From NCBI RefSeq assembly GCF_003991155.1, contig NZ_CP031293.1: a DNA stretch of 64,000 nucleotides; one strand, 5' to 3'. Below the pieces are notes generated by a model. That model did no database searches, had not been told where the DNA came from, and worked only from the letters and a program-made list of their open reading frames with translations. This DNA comes from Escherichia coli. Its GTDB lineage: Bacteria; Pseudomonadota; Gammaproteobacteria; Enterobacterales; Enterobacteriaceae. Positions 17,524 through 30,171 of this stretch are shown here, piece by piece (position 1 is the stretch's first letter; the number at the start of each line of letters is the position of its first letter). The position numbers were made by a program, and so were the translations under genes.

Positions 17524-18987
17524 TTAAAGCAACACCACGGGCATCCACAGTAAGCCGGTAATCACCAGCAACACGAGGAATATCAGCCCAAAAATCGCCC
17601 CCAGTCGCCAGTAATCCACCGTTGGCAGATAACCACTGCCGTAGTAAATCGGACTGGGTCCGGTGGCGTATGGTGTAAGAATGCTCCCCAGACCAATTGC
17701 CGCGCCAACCATCAGGCAGAATACCGGCAGCGGGATTTCCGGCATCGCCAGCGCGGCGGCAATCATCATCGGCGCGAGAGCGGAGGTATACGCCGTGGCG
17801 CTGGCGAAAAAGTAGCGCAGCAGATAAAAGACCACAATCAACGCCACCATCACTATCGTTGGCGAATAACCGCTTAAGCTGCCTGCTAACAGTTTGCCAA
17901 ACCAGCTAATAAAACCGGTGTTGTTGAGTCCGGTAGCGAGGGTGATAAGCGAGGCCAGCCAGAAGAAAACGTTCCACGCGGCTTTATTACTGACAATGTC
18001 GTCCCAACTGATAATGCGCAGAAGCAGCATCAGCGCCACCACGCTGTAACCGACCATCGCGGCATCGATATAATCACCGCCGAAAATCCACAGCACCAGC
18101 GCGCCTACCATCAGCCCCAGCATCCGTTTTTCACGCGAACAGAGCGGGCCCATTGCCTGCAGTTCCGTCTCTGCCCAGCGCGGCACCTGATCACCAGACT
18201 TCAGTACCGGCGGGTACAGCACGTAAGCCAGCCAGGGAACCAGCAGAACCAGTAAAATGCTGAGCGGCAACATCCCGAGGAACCAGTCGCCCCAGCTCAG
18301 CGTGGCGTGAGATGCGCTTTTCATCAGTCCAATTAACAGCAAATTTGGAGCCATCGCCGTCAGGAAAATGGCGCTGGTCACGCAGTCGGCAACAATCCCC
18401 ATCCACATGATGTACGAGCCAATGCTGCGCGAACTGCTGTCGTTTGGTTGTGATTGATAGAGCGGTGGCAGGTTACGGATGATGGGATAGATAATCCCCG
18501 CACCACGCGCCGAGTTGGACGGTGTTACAGGCGCGAGTATCAGCTCGGAGAACATCACTGCATAGCCGAGAAACAGCGTGCGATGCCCCATTTTTTTCAC
18601 CAGAATCAGCGCGATACGTCGCCCCAGCCCGGTTTTTTCATAGCCTGTGCCAAACATAAAGGCGGCGAAAATCAGCCAGATAACCGAATTAGAAAAACCA
18701 GAAACCGCCCAGGAGAGGGATTTGGCGGTGAACTTAAAACCTGGCTGGGCGAGCTGCTCCGGGCTGAACAGCAGCCAGGGAGAGAGAATGGCGATAATGG
18801 AGATACCCACCATCGCCACCACGGCACCCGGCACGGGTTCGAGGATCAGTCCAACGATCACGCCAGTAAAAACAGCAAAGTAGAGCCAGGTATGACTCTC
18901 CAGCCCTGCGGGAAGCGGAAGTAGAGCAATAATGGCGATGACCGCCAGCGGCGCAAGGTATCGCCACCATTCAGTGGAAGGTTTCAT
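17524..18987 (-). CDS. ttdT: Tartrate/succinate antiporter (DASS family)
   Basis: 487 aa polytopic membrane protein; synteny with ttdAB. Confidence 0.85.
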   Translation of the reverse strand: MKPSTEWWRYLAPLAVIAIIALLPLPAGLESHTWLYFAVFTGVIVGLILEPVPGAVVAMVGISIIAILSPWLLFSPEQLAQPGFKFTAKSLSWAVSGFSNSVIWLIFAAFMFGTGYEKTGLGRRIALILVKKMGHRTLFLGYAVMFSELILAPVTPSNSARGAGIIYPIIRNLPPLYQSQPNDSSSRSIGSYIMWMGIVADCVTSAIFLTAMAPNLLLIGLMKSASHATLSWGDWFLGMLPLSILLVLLVPWLAYVLYPPVLKSGDQVPRWAETELQAMGPLCSREKRMLGLMVGALVLWIFGGDYIDAAMVGYSVVALMLLLRIISWDDIVSNKAAWNVFFWLASLITLATGLNNTGFISWFGKLLAGSLSGYSPTIVMVALIVVFYLLRYFFASATAYTSALAPMMIAAALAMPEIPLPVFCLMVGAAIGLGSILTPYATGPSPIYYGSGYLPTVDYWRLGAIFGLIFLVLLVITGLLWMPVVLL

Positions 18988-19035
18988 CGTGTTATGCCTG
19001 CGAAAAAGGAGAGGGGGTGAGCCTCTCCGGGAGGG

Positions 19036-19641
19036 TTATTTGATGTAGTGGACGTGCTCGCAAATCTCTTCCACGATGGGATCGCGGCGTTCGGCGAACA
19101 GCTTTTTGTTTTCGGCTATCAGGTTGTTGCCGTGGGTATCAATAGAGACAATCAGCGGGCCGAACTCTTTGACCCGGCAGACCCACAGTGACTCCGGCAT
19201 CCCGAGTTCTGTCCAGTGCACCTCTTCAATCTCTTCCACCTGGGTTGCCGCCAGTACTGCGCAGCCTGCCGGGAAAATCACATGCAGCGCCTTGAATTTC
19301 TGGCAGCCTTCTTCGGTCAGCGGCCCCATTCCGCCTTTGCCGACCACCAGTTTCACGCCGGTCTGTTCGATAAATTCACGTTCAAAACTTTCCATACGCA
19401 TACTGGTTGTCGGGCCGACGGATACCATCTCCCATTTGTCGCCGTTTTTGCGCACGATGGGGCCAGCGTGGAAAATCGCTTTGCCGTTGAGATCGTAAGG
19501 GATCGGACGTTTGAGTTCGATCAAACGACGGTGACAAACGTCACGGCAGGTCACCAGCGTACCGGTCAGGTAGATCACATCGCCGACGCGAATATCTTGC
19601 AGATCTTCAGCTTTGATCGGGGTTGTCAGGATCTTTTTCAT
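19036..19641 (-). CDS. ttdB: L(+)-tartrate dehydratase beta subunit
   Basis: 201 aa fumarate-hydratase class I C-terminal-like. Confidence 0.88.
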
Positions 19642-20549
19642 AACGCGCTCCGGGTGTGAGACAGATTTTCAAAGGTGAGATCGGCATGAACCAGCAGTGT
19701 GCCGCGACGATGCGCCCAGCAGCCTGTAGAAACAGCAACGCCGATGGTTGACGGATGGCGGGCGGCAGATTCGATATGTACGCCCATCACTGAACTGTTG
19801 CCAGTCAGCCCTTGTGGACCAATCCCCAGACGGTTGAGTCCTTCTTCCAGGCGTAGCTCCAGCTCTGCCGCTTTTGGATTGGGATGGCGGCTGCCAATCG
19901 GGCGCAAAATGGCTTTTCGCGAGAGCACGGCGGCGGTTTCCACCGAGGTGGCGATGCCCACGCCCACCAGTACCGGTGGACAGGCGTTTACGGCGAGGGT
20001 GGAGATATTTTCGAAGACGAATTTCACTACGCCTTCGTAGCCTTCTGACGGCATTAACACTTTCGAGCGGCCTGGTAGCGTGCAGCCGCCGCCTGCCATG
20101 TAAACTTCGATTTCCGCATCGTCATTGTCGGGGATGATGTCCCAGGTGACCCACGGTACGCCGCTGCCGGTATTTTTGCCGGTGTTTACTTCGTCAAAAA
20201 TTTCTACCGCATTGTGACGCAGTGGCGCTTTGACGGTTGCCTCTTCCACGGCTTGTTTGAGTATGCTTTGCAGCTCGCCAAGCAGTGGGAAACGGGAACC
20301 GACCTTAACAAAAAACATGATTTCGCCGGTGTCCTGACAGGCAGGACGATTCAGGTCGATCGCTTTTTGCATGTTATCGAACATCGTGTGGTAGATGATT
20401 TTTCCCATCGACGATGTTTCGGCATCCTTTAGCTGTTTTAGTTTGTCCACCACGTCATCGGGCATTCGGGTAGAAATCATGGCGGTAAAGTTAGCGACAA
20501 TCTCCGTCAACTTATTCACTGCCTGTTGCTTATTACTTTCGCTCATCAT
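19638..20549 (-). CDS. ttdA: L(+)-tartrate dehydratase alpha subunit
   Basis: 303 aa; 4-bp overlap with ttdB start. Confidence 0.88.
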
Positions 20550-20755
20550 GGCAACTCCAGTTTATGTATTTGTCTGGAAAAATTCACCGCCACAAACTAC
20601 CACTAAAAATGTGGTTTTATATTTTTTGCCGCCGTGAATATGTAATTCACAGTTCGTGAATCAACGCGAAAATAAGAATGAATATTGCGCCAGAGCAGGG
20701 AATGGCAATGTTTTGCGAAATACACTGCGCTTATCACAACTGCGGATAATTAACG

Positions 20756-21688
20756 ATGCTGAATAGCTGGCCTTTAGCCAAAGATTTGCAGGTACTGGTA
20801 GAAATCGTCCACAGCGGGAGTTTTAGTGCTGCAGCGGCGACGCTTGGGCAGACGCCTGCATTTGTCACCAAGCGGATCCAAATCCTTGAAAATACGCTGG
20901 CAACAACGCTGCTGAACCGCTCCGCTCGCGGTGTGGCGCTGACTGAAAGTGGCCAACGTTGTTACGAGCATGCGCTGGAAATCCTCACCCAATATCAGCG
21001 ACTGGTCGATGACGTCACGCAAATCAAAACGCGCCCGGAGGGGATGATTCGTATTGGTTGCAGTTTTGGTTTTGGGCGCAGCCATATTGCGCCAGCCATT
21101 ACCGAACTGATGCGCAATTATCCTGAGTTACAGGTGCATTTTGAATTGTTCGATCGGCAAATTGATTTAGTGCAGGATAATATTGATCTGGATATTCGTA
21201 TTAATGACGAAATTCCTGATTATTATATTGCGCATCTGTTAACGAAAAATAAAAGAATATTATGCGCAGCACCTGAGTATCTGCAAAAATATCCGCAGCC
21301 ACAATCCTTACAGGAATTAAGTCGTCATGATTGTCTGGTGACCAAAGAGCGCGATATGACCCACGGAATATGGGAGTTGGGGAACGGTCAGGAGAAAAAA
21401 TCGGTGAAGGTAAGCGGGCATCTTTCCTCCAATAGCGGCGAGATAGTGTTGCAATGGGCGCTGGAGGGCAAAGGGATTATGTTGCGTTCCGAGTGGGATG
21501 TGTTGCCGTTTCTGGAGAGTGGCAAACTGGTGCGAGTATTGCCGGAGTATGCACAAAGCGCCAATATCTGGGCTGTTTACCGGGAGCCGCTCTATCGCAG
21601 CATGAAATTACGTGTCTGCGTGGAATTTCTGGCGGCATGGTGCCAGCAACGGCTGGGCAAGCCCGACGAAGGCTATCAGGTCATGTAA
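20756..21688 (+). CDS. ttdR: LysR-family activator of ttd operon
   Basis: 310 aa LysR helix-turn-helix plus substrate-binding domain, divergent from ttdA. Confidence 0.85.
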   Translation: MLNSWPLAKDLQVLVEIVHSGSFSAAAATLGQTPAFVTKRIQILENTLATTLLNRSARGVALTESGQRCYEHALEILTQYQRLVDDVTQIKTRPEGMIRIGCSFGFGRSHIAPAITELMRNYPELQVHFELFDRQIDLVQDNIDLDIRINDEIPDYYIAHLLTKNKRILCAAPEYLQKYPQPQSLQELSRHDCLVTKERDMTHGIWELGNGQEKKSVKVSGHLSSNSGEIVLQWALEGKGIMLRSEWDVLPFLESGKLVRVLPEYAQSANIWAVYREPLYRSMKLRVCVEFLAAWCQQRLGKPDEGYQVM

Positions 21689-21700
21689 ATCCACCAGAAA

Positions 21701-22318
21701 TCACTCGGGATCCTTTTCGCGCTTTCTTTTGAATTTCGTCCAGATTTTTGTCTCCTGACGACGCCACAGACGCTGGATGTTGTCATGATGACGCAGCAGG
21801 ATCAGGCAAGAGAGCATCGAAACCGGGAAGGTGAATTGTGGCTTAAACCACCAGACATAAAACGGAGCAATCAGTGCACTGACAATCGCTCCCAGCGACG
21901 AGTAACCACTCAATAGCACGGTCAGTAACCAGGTTCCCGCCATTACTCCAGTGAGATCCCAGCCAATTGGTGCGATGGCACCAAAAGCGGTAGCAACGCC
22001 TTTTCCTCCTTTAAAACCGAAGAAAACGGGCCAGATGTGTCCAAGACAGGCGGCGATGGCAATTAAGCCTAGCCAGAAGGGGCTGACACCTAATTCATAC
22101 GCGCCCCAGACGGGCAACATTCCTTTCAGAACGTCGAAAATCAGTACTGCTACGGCTGCTCCCTTGCCACCGATACGTAACACATTGGTTGCGCCTGGAT
22201 TGCCGGAGCCGCTGGTTCGCGGATCGGGCAGCCCACACAAGCGGCAAACCAGAATGGCACTGGAAATGGAGCCGCAGAGGTACGCGATGAGGATCATTCC
22301 AGGCGCGATTGCACTCAT
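21701..22318 (-). CDS. plsY: Glycerol-3-phosphate acyltransferase PlsY
   Basis: 205 aa membrane protein [27 protein letters not shown]... Confidence 0.9.
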
Positions 22319-22422
22319 AAGCTGTTCCGTTTTGAAAATTCGTGTTCAACGATGAATCTGTGGATAATACGCACATTTCGCCGGAAGTGGTATCCGGTTA
22401 GCCAAAAAGCAGGCAGGACGTG

Positions 22423-22791
22423 ATGGATATTGTATTTATAGAGCAACTTTCGGTAATCACCACTATTGGTGTTTACGACTGGGAACAGACCATCGAACAG
22501 AAGTTAGTGTTCGATATCGAAATGGCGTGGGATAACCGTAAAGCGGCGAAAAGTGATGATGTGGCGGATTGCCTCAGTTACGCTGGCATTGCAGAAACGG
22601 TGGTCAGCCACGTCGAGGGGGCGCGTTTTGCGCTGGTGGAACGCGTGGCTGAAGAGGTGGCGGAGCTGCTGTTAGCACGCTTCAACTCGCCGTGGGTGCG
22701 TATCAAACTCAGCAAGCCAGGCGCAGTGGCGCGGGCGGCGAATGTTGGTGTCATCATTGAGCGTGGCAATAATCTGAAAGAAAATAATTAA
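22423..22791 (+). CDS. folB: Dihydroneopterin aldolase
   Basis: MDIVFIEQLSVITTIGVYDWEQTIEQKLVFDIEMAWD... Confidence 0.9.
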   Translation: MDIVFIEQLSVITTIGVYDWEQTIEQKLVFDIEMAWDNRKAAKSDDVADCLSYAGIAETVVSHVEGARFALVERVAEEVAELLLARFNSPWVRIKLSKPGAVARAANVGVIIERGNNLKENN

Positions 22792-22881
22792 TTTTACAGC
22801 TGTTAAACCAAACGGTTATAACCTGGTCATACTGCAGTAGTTCGGACAAGCGTTACATTTTTATAATTTAGGGGTTTATTG

Positions 22882-23703
22882 ATGAGCGATATGCACTCGC
22901 TGCTGATAGCGGCAATATTGGGTGTGGTCGAAGGATTGACAGAATTTCTGCCGGTATCCAGCACGGGCCATATGATTATTGTCGGTCACTTGTTGGGATT
23001 TGAGGGCGACACGGCGAAAACCTTTGAAGTCGTGATCCAGTTAGGATCAATTCTGGCGGTAGTAGTGATGTTCTGGCGGCGTCTGTTTGGCCTGATTGGC
23101 ATTCACTTTGGTCGTCCGCTGCAACACGAAGGAGAAAGCAAAGGCCGTTTAACGCTGATCCACATTCTGCTTGGCATGATCCCAGCGGTAGTATTGGGGC
23201 TGTTGTTCCACGACACGATTAAGTCGTTGTTTAATCCAATAAATGTGATGTATGCGCTGGTCGTTGGCGGTCTGTTGCTGATTGCCGCTGAATGCCTGAA
23301 GCCGAAAGAGCCGCGTGCGCCGGGTCTCGATGATATGACCTATCGTCAGGCGTTTATGATTGGCTGCTTCCAGTGTCTGGCGCTGTGGCCAGGTTTCTCC
23401 CGTTCCGGGGCGACCATTTCAGGTGGGATGCTGATGGGCGTGAGCCGTTACGCTGCTTCCGAGTTCTCGTTCCTGCTGGCGGTGCCGATGATGATGGGCG
23501 CAACGGCGCTCGATCTCTACAAAAGCTGGGGCTTCCTGACAACCGGCGATATCCCGATGTTTGCCGTTGGGTTTATCACCGCTTTTGTGGTGGCGCTGAT
23601 AGCGATTAAAACCTTCCTGCAATTGATTAAGCGCATTTCGTTTATCCCTTTCGCCATTTATCGCTTTATTGTGGCGGCTGCGGTGTATGTCGTGTTCTTT
23701 TGA
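22882..23703 (+). CDS. uppP: Undecaprenyl-diphosphate phosphatase
   Basis: 273 aa membrane protein [30 protein letters not shown]... Confidence 0.92.
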
Positions 23704-23783
23704 TTGAGGAATAGTGTCGGATATGACGCTTGTGCGTCTTATCCGACCTGGCCGGTGTTTGCAATAAATTGAAATTCAAGTGC

Positions 23784-25022
23784 TTAATCAGGCTTTGGAC
23801 AACGTTGTTCCTTCCAGCTGGCTACCGCCGCAATCCGCCGTCGGGTCAGCTCCTCGCGAATCTCCACACCTTTAAATCCCGCTTCAACGACGGCTTTTGT
23901 CGGCACTGACTGTGCCACTTCCCAGGCTTCGCGCAACCAGCGGCCTTGCGGGTAGTCGGCTGATTCAAAACCGGTTCTGCCGCGCACATCAGCCTCGCTG
24001 GTCAGCGCCAGTTGCTCGACACGCTGCGGTTTACGCCAGGCGTCGATGGAATCAAATAGTTTGACGATGGTTTTTGGGTTCAGCATTGGGAAGGTGTGGA
24101 TGAGATCGTGAAACTCAGCCACCAGTCTGGCTAAATCGCGAATTTCATTTGGCACGCGCAGACGCTGACAGAGTTGTTCCACTAACTTCACACCCGCCGG
24201 GCCATGACCATGATGACGCGGCCAAAGTTCTGGTGGCGTCAGTCCTTTACCGAGATCGTGGCATAACGTTGCGAAACGGACATCGACCTGCGGACTCAGC
24301 ATCGCCGCCATTGAGAGCGTCATTAAGGTATGAATACCCGTGTCGATTTCCGGATGCCACCTGGCAGGGGCCGGAACGCCAAACAGGGCGTCAATTTCCG
24401 GGAATAAAACGCGCAGTGCGCCGCAATCGCGCAGTACCTGGAAGAACACCTGGGGATTGCGGGTAGTGAGGGCGCTTTCCGTCTCTTTCCATACCCGTTC
24501 AGGCGTCAGGTGTTCCAGTTCACCCGCGTGGGTCATCTCGCGCATCAGCGCCAGAGTTTCATCGGCAATACGAAAACCGAGGTGGGCATAACGCGCAGCA
24601 AAACGCGCTACGCGCAACACGCGTAACGGATCTTCGCCAAAAGCGGGGGAAACATGGCGCAACAGACGATTTTGCAGATCGCCCAGACCGTTGTACGGGT
24701 CGATAATCTCGCCGTTATCGTCCTGGGCCAGCGCATTAATGGTCAGATCGCGACGCTTAAGATCATCTTCCAGCGTGACATCCGGTGCGGCATAGCAGGT
24801 AAAACCGGTGTAACCGGAACCGGATTTCCGTTCGGTACGTGCCAGTGCATACTCTTCATGCGTTTGCGGATGCAGAAACACAGGAAAATCGCGGCCTACC
24901 TGCTGGTAGCCCGCGTCGAGCATCTCCTGTGGCGTACTGCCGACCACCACCCAATCTCTGTCTTTGACCGGTAGCCCTAACAATGCATCCCGAACAGCAC
25001 CACCGACCAGATAAATCTTCAC
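23784..25022 (-). CDS. cca: tRNA CCA-adding nucleotidyltransferase with HD phosphohydrolase domain
   Basis: 412 aa [28 protein letters not shown]... Confidence 0.93.
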   Translation of the reverse strand: MKIYLVGGAVRDALLGLPVKDRDWVVVGSTPQEMLDAGYQQVGRDFPVFLHPQTHEEYALARTERKSGSGYTGFTCYAAPDVTLEDDLKRRDLTINALAQDDNGEIIDPYNGLGDLQNRLLRHVSPAFGEDPLRVLRVARFAARYAHLGFRIADETLALMREMTHAGELEHLTPERVWKETESALTTRNPQVFFQVLRDCGALRVLFPEIDALFGVPAPARWHPEIDTGIHTLMTLSMAAMLSPQVDVRFATLCHDLGKGLTPPELWPRHHGHGPAGVKLVEQLCQRLRVPNEIRDLARLVAEFHDLIHTFPMLNPKTIVKLFDSIDAWRKPQRVEQLALTSEADVRGRTGFESADYPQGRWLREAWEVAQSVPTKAVVEAGFKGVEIREELTRRRIAAVASWKEQRCPKPD

Positions 25023-25085
25023 GCCATCATCCCTTCGTCAAATACACAATTCCTAATAATAAGACAGTGCAACGAAGAAGGCGAT

Positions 25086-25706
25086 TTAGTTCATCCAGCG
25101 ATCTTTGCGTTTGCGGCTTGGGATCAGGTGCGGCAGTACCAGACCGAGCAGCAAGCCAAGCCCCAGCACGCCGCCGCCATACATAAACCATTGCATGATG
25201 ATGGTGCGCTGTTTGTCATCCAGCTGTACGCTGGCGGCATCGACCTTTTTCTGCGCGACAATCAGCTCGTTTTTCAGTTTCTGATTTTCTTCTTTTAACC
25301 CGTTGATCACGCTGTCGCTCTGCGCCACTTTTTGCTGCATTTCTGCGGTGCGCTGATTCCAGGTGTTATCGATATTGGTGAGTTTATCGGTCAGGGTTTT
25401 GACCTGATTTTCCAGATCTGGCACACGGGAGCGCAGGCTTGGCTCAGTGCTAAGTTGTTTCAACGGGATCCAGGCGGTACGGCCAGAGCTGTCTTTCACC
25501 TGGGCATAATTGGTGTTGGCGTCAGTTTGTAATAAGGTCACTTCCTCGCCGGCGTTAACCGTGCCTACGAGGCGATAATGATCTCCCGGACCGCTACGGA
25601 CCCAGGTATTCAGTTCATCAGAAACATAGCGCGTTTCTTCAGCGTGTGAGACGGCAGTGGCGCTAAGTGCGAGTAAAGTTAATCCGATCAGGCGTAATTT
25701 TGGCAT
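25086..25706 (-). CDS. ygiM: SH3-domain signal-transduction membrane protein YgiM
   Basis: 206 aa, signal peptide, coiled coil, C-terminal TM segment. Confidence 0.8.
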   Translation of the reverse strand: MPKLRLIGLTLLALSATAVSHAEETRYVSDELNTWVRSGPGDHYRLVGTVNAGEEVTLLQTDANTNYAQVKDSSGRTAWIPLKQLSTEPSLRSRVPDLENQVKTLTDKLTNIDNTWNQRTAEMQQKVAQSDSVINGLKEENQKLKNELIVAQKKVDAASVQLDDKQRTIIMQWFMYGGGVLGLGLLLGLVLPHLIPSRKRKDRWMN

Positions 25707-25947
25707 CAGGCTGTCGTTATTGTCATGGAAAGTGGAACGATAGTAGTGGCATCAGTGTCGCTACGCAAAGCATTCGACATCAATCGGAATCCTCTGTGTC
25801 AGGTCTTGCCACTGCTTCAAACTTTTACGCCCGTCAAATTGCCCGTTGCATGGCAATTTGGCGCAAAATACTATCTACTGACAAAAAAGATCGCATTAAG
25901 TTCGCCGTTCATCGTCACTTATGTGACATAACCGATAAGTAAAGGCT

Positions 25948-27261
25948 ATGGCTCAGGAAATCGAATTAAAGTTTATTGTTAATCACAGTGCCGTTGAGGC
26001 GTTGCGTGACCATCTCAATACGCTGGGCGGCGAGCACCATGACCCCGTGCAGTTGCTGAATATTTACTACGAAACGCTGGATAACTGGCTGCGTGGGCAC
26101 GACATGGGCTTGCGTATTCGTGGCGAAAACGGTCGCTATGAGATGACCATGAAAGTTGCAGGAAGAGTGACAGGCGGCTTACACCAGCGCCCGGAATATA
26201 ACGTGGCTTTGAGCGAACCGACGCTCGACCTGGCGCAGTTACCGACGGAAGTCTGGCCGAACGGCGAATTGCCTGCCGATCTCGCTTCCCGCGTGCAGCC
26301 GCTGTTTAGCACCGATTTTTATCGCGAAAAGTGGCTGGTAGAGGTTGATGGTAGCCAAATTGAAATCGCCCTCGACCAGGGGGAAGTGAAAGCGGGTGAA
26401 TTTGCTGAACCTATCTGCGAGCTGGAACTGGAACTGCTTAGCGGCGACACGCGCGCGGTGCTGAAACTGGCGAACCAACTGGCGAACCAACTGGTATCGC
26501 AAACCGGATTACGCCAGGGCAGCCTGAGCAAAGCGGCGCGTGGCTATCATCTGGCGCAGGGCAATCCGGCGCGTGAAATCAAACCGACCACCATTTTACA
26601 TGTTGCGGCAAAAGCTGATGTCGAGCAGGGGCTGGAAGCGGCGCTCGAGCTGGCGTTAGCGCAATGGCAGTATCATGAAGAGCTGTGGGTACGCGGCAAC
26701 GATGCGGCGAAAGAGCAGGTGCTGGCAGCCATTGGCCTGGTCCGTCATACGCTGATGCTGTTCGGTGGCATTGTGCCGCGTAAAGCGAGCACTCACTTAC
26801 GTGATTTGCTGACCCAATGCGAAGCGACCATCGCTTCAGCGGTTTCTGCCGTGACGGCGGTCTATTCTACCGAAACGGCAATGGCGAAGCTGGCGTTGAC
26901 CGAATGGCTGGTAAGCAAAGCCTGGCAGCCGTTTTTAGATGCCAAAGCGCAGAGTAAAATGAGCGATTCCTTCAAACGCTTTGCCGATATCCATCTTTCC
27001 CGCCATGCCGCTGAACTGAAAAGCGTTTTCTGCCAGCCGTTGGGCGATCGCTACCGTGACCAGTTGCCACGCCTGACGCGTGATATTGACTCAATCCTGT
27101 TGCTGGCGGGTTACTACGATCCTGTCGTCGCGCAAGCCTGGCTGGAGAACTGGCAGGGGCTGCGTCACGCTATTGCGACCGGACAACGCATTGAAATTGA
27201 ACATTTCCGTAATGAGGCAAACAATCAGGAACCGTTCTGGTTGCACAGCGGAAAACGTTAA
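25948..27261 (+). CDS. ygiF: Inorganic triphosphatase (CYTH-CHAD protein) YgiF; contains an in-frame 12-bp tandem duplication (LANQ-LANQ)
   Basis: 437 aa [24 protein letters not shown]...; tandem ctggcgaaccaa x2 at 26467-26490. Confidence 0.85.
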   Translation: MAQEIELKFIVNHSAVEALRDHLNTLGGEHHDPVQLLNIYYETLDNWLRGHDMGLRIRGENGRYEMTMKVAGRVTGGLHQRPEYNVALSEPTLDLAQLPTEVWPNGELPADLASRVQPLFSTDFYREKWLVEVDGSQIEIALDQGEVKAGEFAEPICELELELLSGDTRAVLKLANQLANQLVSQTGLRQGSLSKAARGYHLAQGNPAREIKPTTILHVAAKADVEQGLEAALELALAQWQYHEELWVRGNDAAKEQVLAAIGLVRHTLMLFGGIVPRKASTHLRDLLTQCEATIASAVSAVTAVYSTETAMAKLALTEWLVSKAWQPFLDAKAQSKMSDSFKRFADIHLSRHAAELKSVFCQPLGDRYRDQLPRLTRDIDSILLLAGYYDPVVAQAWLENWQGLRHAIATGQRIEIEHFRNEANNQEPFWLHSGKR

Positions 27262-27283
27262 TCAGGCAAGGATAAAATCGCTT

Positions 27284-30124
27284 ATGAAGCCGCTCTCTTC
27301 ACCGTTACAGCAGTACTGGCAGACCGTTGTTGAGCGGCTGCCAGAGCCTTTAGTCGAGGAATCACTTAGCGCACAGGCGAAGTCAGTACTTACTTTCAGT
27401 GATTTTGTGCAGGACAGCGTGATTGCGCATCCAGAGTGGCTGACGGAACTGGAAAGCCAACCGCCGCAGGCCGACGAATGGCAGCATTACTCTGCATGGT
27501 GGCAGGAGGCGCTCAGTAATGTGAGTGACGAAGCCGGGTTAATGCGCGAGCTGCGGCTATTCCGGCGGCGCATTATGGTGCGCATCGCCTGGGCGCAAAC
27601 GCTGGCATTGGTTACTGAAGAGAGCATTTTGCAGCAGCTCAGCCATCTGGCGGAGACGCTGATTGTTGCGGCGCGTGACTGGCTGTATGACGCCTGCTGC
27701 CGCGAATGGGGAACGCCGTGCAATGCGCAGGGCGAAGCGCAACCGCTGCTGATTTTAGGCATGGGTAAGCTGGGCGGTGGGGAGCTGAATTTCTCCTCAG
27801 ATATCGATCTGATTTTTGCCTGGCCGGAACATGGTTGTACCCAGGGCGGACGCCGGGAACTGGATAACGCGCAGTTTTTTACCCGCATGGGGCAGCGGCT
27901 GATTAAAGTGCTGGATCAACCAACGCAGGATGGCTTCGTCTATCGCGTGGATATGCGACTGCGTCCGTTTGGCGAAAGTGGCCCGCTGGTGCTGAGCTTT
28001 GCGGCACTGGAAGATTATTACCAGGAGCAGGGGCGCGACTGGGAGCGTTACGCGATGGTCAAGGCGCGGATTATGGGCGATAGCGAAGGCGTCTATGCTA
28101 ACGAGTTGCGTGCGATGCTGCGCCCGTTTGTTTTCCGTCGTTACATCGATTTCAGCGTGATTCAGTCGCTGCGCAACATGAAAGGGATGATTGCCCGTGA
28201 AGTGCGTCGGCGCGGTTTGACCGACAACATCAAACTTGGCGCGGGTGGCATTCGTGAAATTGAATTTATCGTCCAGGTATTCCAGCTTATTCGCGGCGGG
28301 CGCGAGCCGTCGCTGCAATCGCGCTCTTTACTGCCAACGCTCAGCGCTATTGCCGAGCTGCATCTGCTTTCTGAAAACGATGCTGAACAATTGCGAGTGG
28401 CGTATCTGTTCCTGCGGCGTCTGGAAAACCTGCTGCAAAGCATTAACGACGAACAAACCCAGACGCTTCCTTCTGATGAGCTTAACCGTGCGCGGCTGGC
28501 GTGGGCGATGGACTTTGCTGACTGGCAGCAACTGACTGGGGCGCTGACCGGACATATGACCAATGTGCGCCGGGTGTTTAATGAATTGATTGGCGACGAC
28601 GAAAGTGAAACTCAGGAAGAGTCGCTGTCGGAACAGTGGCGTGAGCTGTGGCAGGACGCGTTGCAGGAAGATGACACTACACCAGTGCTGGCGCATCTTA
28701 GCGAGGACGATCGCAAACAGGTGCTGACGCTGATTGCCGATTTCCGCAAAGAGCTGGATAAGCGCACCATCGGGCCACGCGGACGTCAGGTGCTCGACCA
28801 TCTGATGCCACATCTGCTAAGAGATGTCTGTACACGTGAAGACGCTGCTGTCACGCTGTCGCGCATTACGGCCTTGCTGGTGGGGATTGTTACCCGCACC
28901 ACCTATTTAGAATTGCTTAGTGAATTTCCTGCGGCGCTTAAGCATTTGATTTCTCTGTGTGCCGCATCGCCGATGATTGCCAGCCAGCTGGCGCGTTATC
29001 CGTTATTGCTGGATGAACTGCTCGATCCAAACACTCTCTACCAGCCGACGGCGACCGATGCTTACCGTGATGAGTTGCGCCAGTATTTGCTGCGCGTGCC
29101 GGAAGATGACGAAGAACAACAGCTTGAGGCGCTGCGTCAGTTCAAACAGGCGCAACTGTTACGCATTGCGGCAGCGGATATCGCCGGTACGCTGCCGGTA
29201 ATGAAAGTGAGCGATCACTTAACCTGGCTGGCGGAAGCCATGATTGACGCCGTTGTTCAGCAGGCGTGGGTTCAAATGGTGGCCCGCTACGGTAAGCCAA
29301 ATCACCTCAACGATCGCGAAGGCCGTGGTTTTGCGGTGGTCGGCTACGGCAAGCTGGGCGGCTGGGAGTTAGGCTACAGTTCCGATCTTGACCTTATCTT
29401 CCTCCATGATTGCCCAATGGATGCGATGACTGACGGCGAGCGGGAAATCGACGGGCGACAGTTTTATCTGCGTCTGGCGCAACGCATTATGCATCTGTTC
29501 AGTACGCGAACCTCTTCCGGCATTTTGTATGAAGTGGATGCTCGACTGCGTCCATCCGGGGCGGCGGGAATGCTGGTGACATCCGCAGAAGCATTTGCTG
29601 ATTATCAGAAAAACGAGGCCTGGACGTGGGAGCATCAGGCGCTGGTGCGTGCGCGTGTAGTGTACGGCGATCCGCAGCTCACCGCGCACTTTGACGCAGT
29701 ACGCCGGGAGATTATGACGCTGCCGCGCGAAGGCAAAACCCTGCAAACGGAAGTGCGGGAAATGCGCGAGAAAATGCGCGCTCATCTCGGCAATAAACAT
29801 CGCGATCGCTTTGATATCAAAGCCGATGAAGGCGGAATTACCGATATCGAATTTATTACCCAATATCTGGTGTTGCGCTACGCTCATGAAAAACCGAAGT
29901 TAACGCGCTGGTCAGACAACGTGCGTATTCTGGAGCTGCTGGCGCAAAACGACATTATGGAAGAGCAGGAAGCGATGGTGCTGACCCGTGCTTACACGAC
30001 GCTGCGCGATGAACTTCATCATCTGGCATTACAGGAATTGCCGGGCCATGTGTCGGAGGATTGCTTCACCGCAGAGCGTGATCTGGTGCGGGCAAGCTGG
30101 CAGAAGTGGCTGGTGGAAGAATGA
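27284..30124 (+). CDS. glnE: Glutamine synthetase adenylyltransferase / adenylyl-removing enzyme
   Basis: 946 aa from [22 protein letters not shown]; ORF track's 27080 start is an upstream over-extension overlapping ygiF. Confidence 0.93.
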   Translation: MKPLSSPLQQYWQTVVERLPEPLVEESLSAQAKSVLTFSDFVQDSVIAHPEWLTELESQPPQADEWQHYSAWWQEALSNVSDEAGLMRELRLFRRRIMVRIAWAQTLALVTEESILQQLSHLAETLIVAARDWLYDACCREWGTPCNAQGEAQPLLILGMGKLGGGELNFSSDIDLIFAWPEHGCTQGGRRELDNAQFFTRMGQRLIKVLDQPTQDGFVYRVDMRLRPFGESGPLVLSFAALEDYYQEQGRDWERYAMVKARIMGDSEGVYANELRAMLRPFVFRRYIDFSVIQSLRNMKGMIAREVRRRGLTDNIKLGAGGIREIEFIVQVFQLIRGGREPSLQSRSLLPTLSAIAELHLLSENDAEQLRVAYLFLRRLENLLQSINDEQTQTLPSDELNRARLAWAMDFADWQQLTGALTGHMTNVRRVFNELIGDDESETQEESLSEQWRELWQDALQEDDTTPVLAHLSEDDRKQVLTLIADFRKELDKRTIGPRGRQVLDHLMPHLLRDVCTREDAAVTLSRITALLVGIVTRTTYLELLSEFPAALKHLISLCAASPMIASQLARYPLLLDELLDPNTLYQPTATDAYRDELRQYLLRVPEDDEEQQLEALRQFKQAQLLRIAAADIAGTLPVMKVSDHLTWLAEAMIDAVVQQAWVQMVARYGKPNHLNDREGRGFAVVGYGKLGGWELGYSSDLDLIFLHDCPMDAMTDGEREIDGRQFYLRLAQRIMHLFSTRTSSGILYEVDARLRPSGAAGMLVTSAEAFADYQKNEAWTWEHQALVRARVVYGDPQLTAHFDAVRREIMTLPREGKTLQTEVREMREKMRAHLGNKHRDRFDIKADEGGITDIEFITQYLVLRYAHEKPKLTRWSDNVRILELLAQNDIMEEQEAMVLTRAYTTLRDELHHLALQELPGHVSEDCFTAERDLVRASWQKWLVEE

Positions 30125-30171
30125 AGTATGGTATTATCGCGCGCAAATTTTGAATCTCTCAGGAGACAGGA

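Noticed and set aside
27080-27283. ORF-track glnE start at 27080 (1014 aa), overlapping ygiF
   Set aside because: The recognised N-terminus [12 protein letters not shown] begins at ATG 27284; the upstream part is an in-frame read-through of the ygiF 3' end
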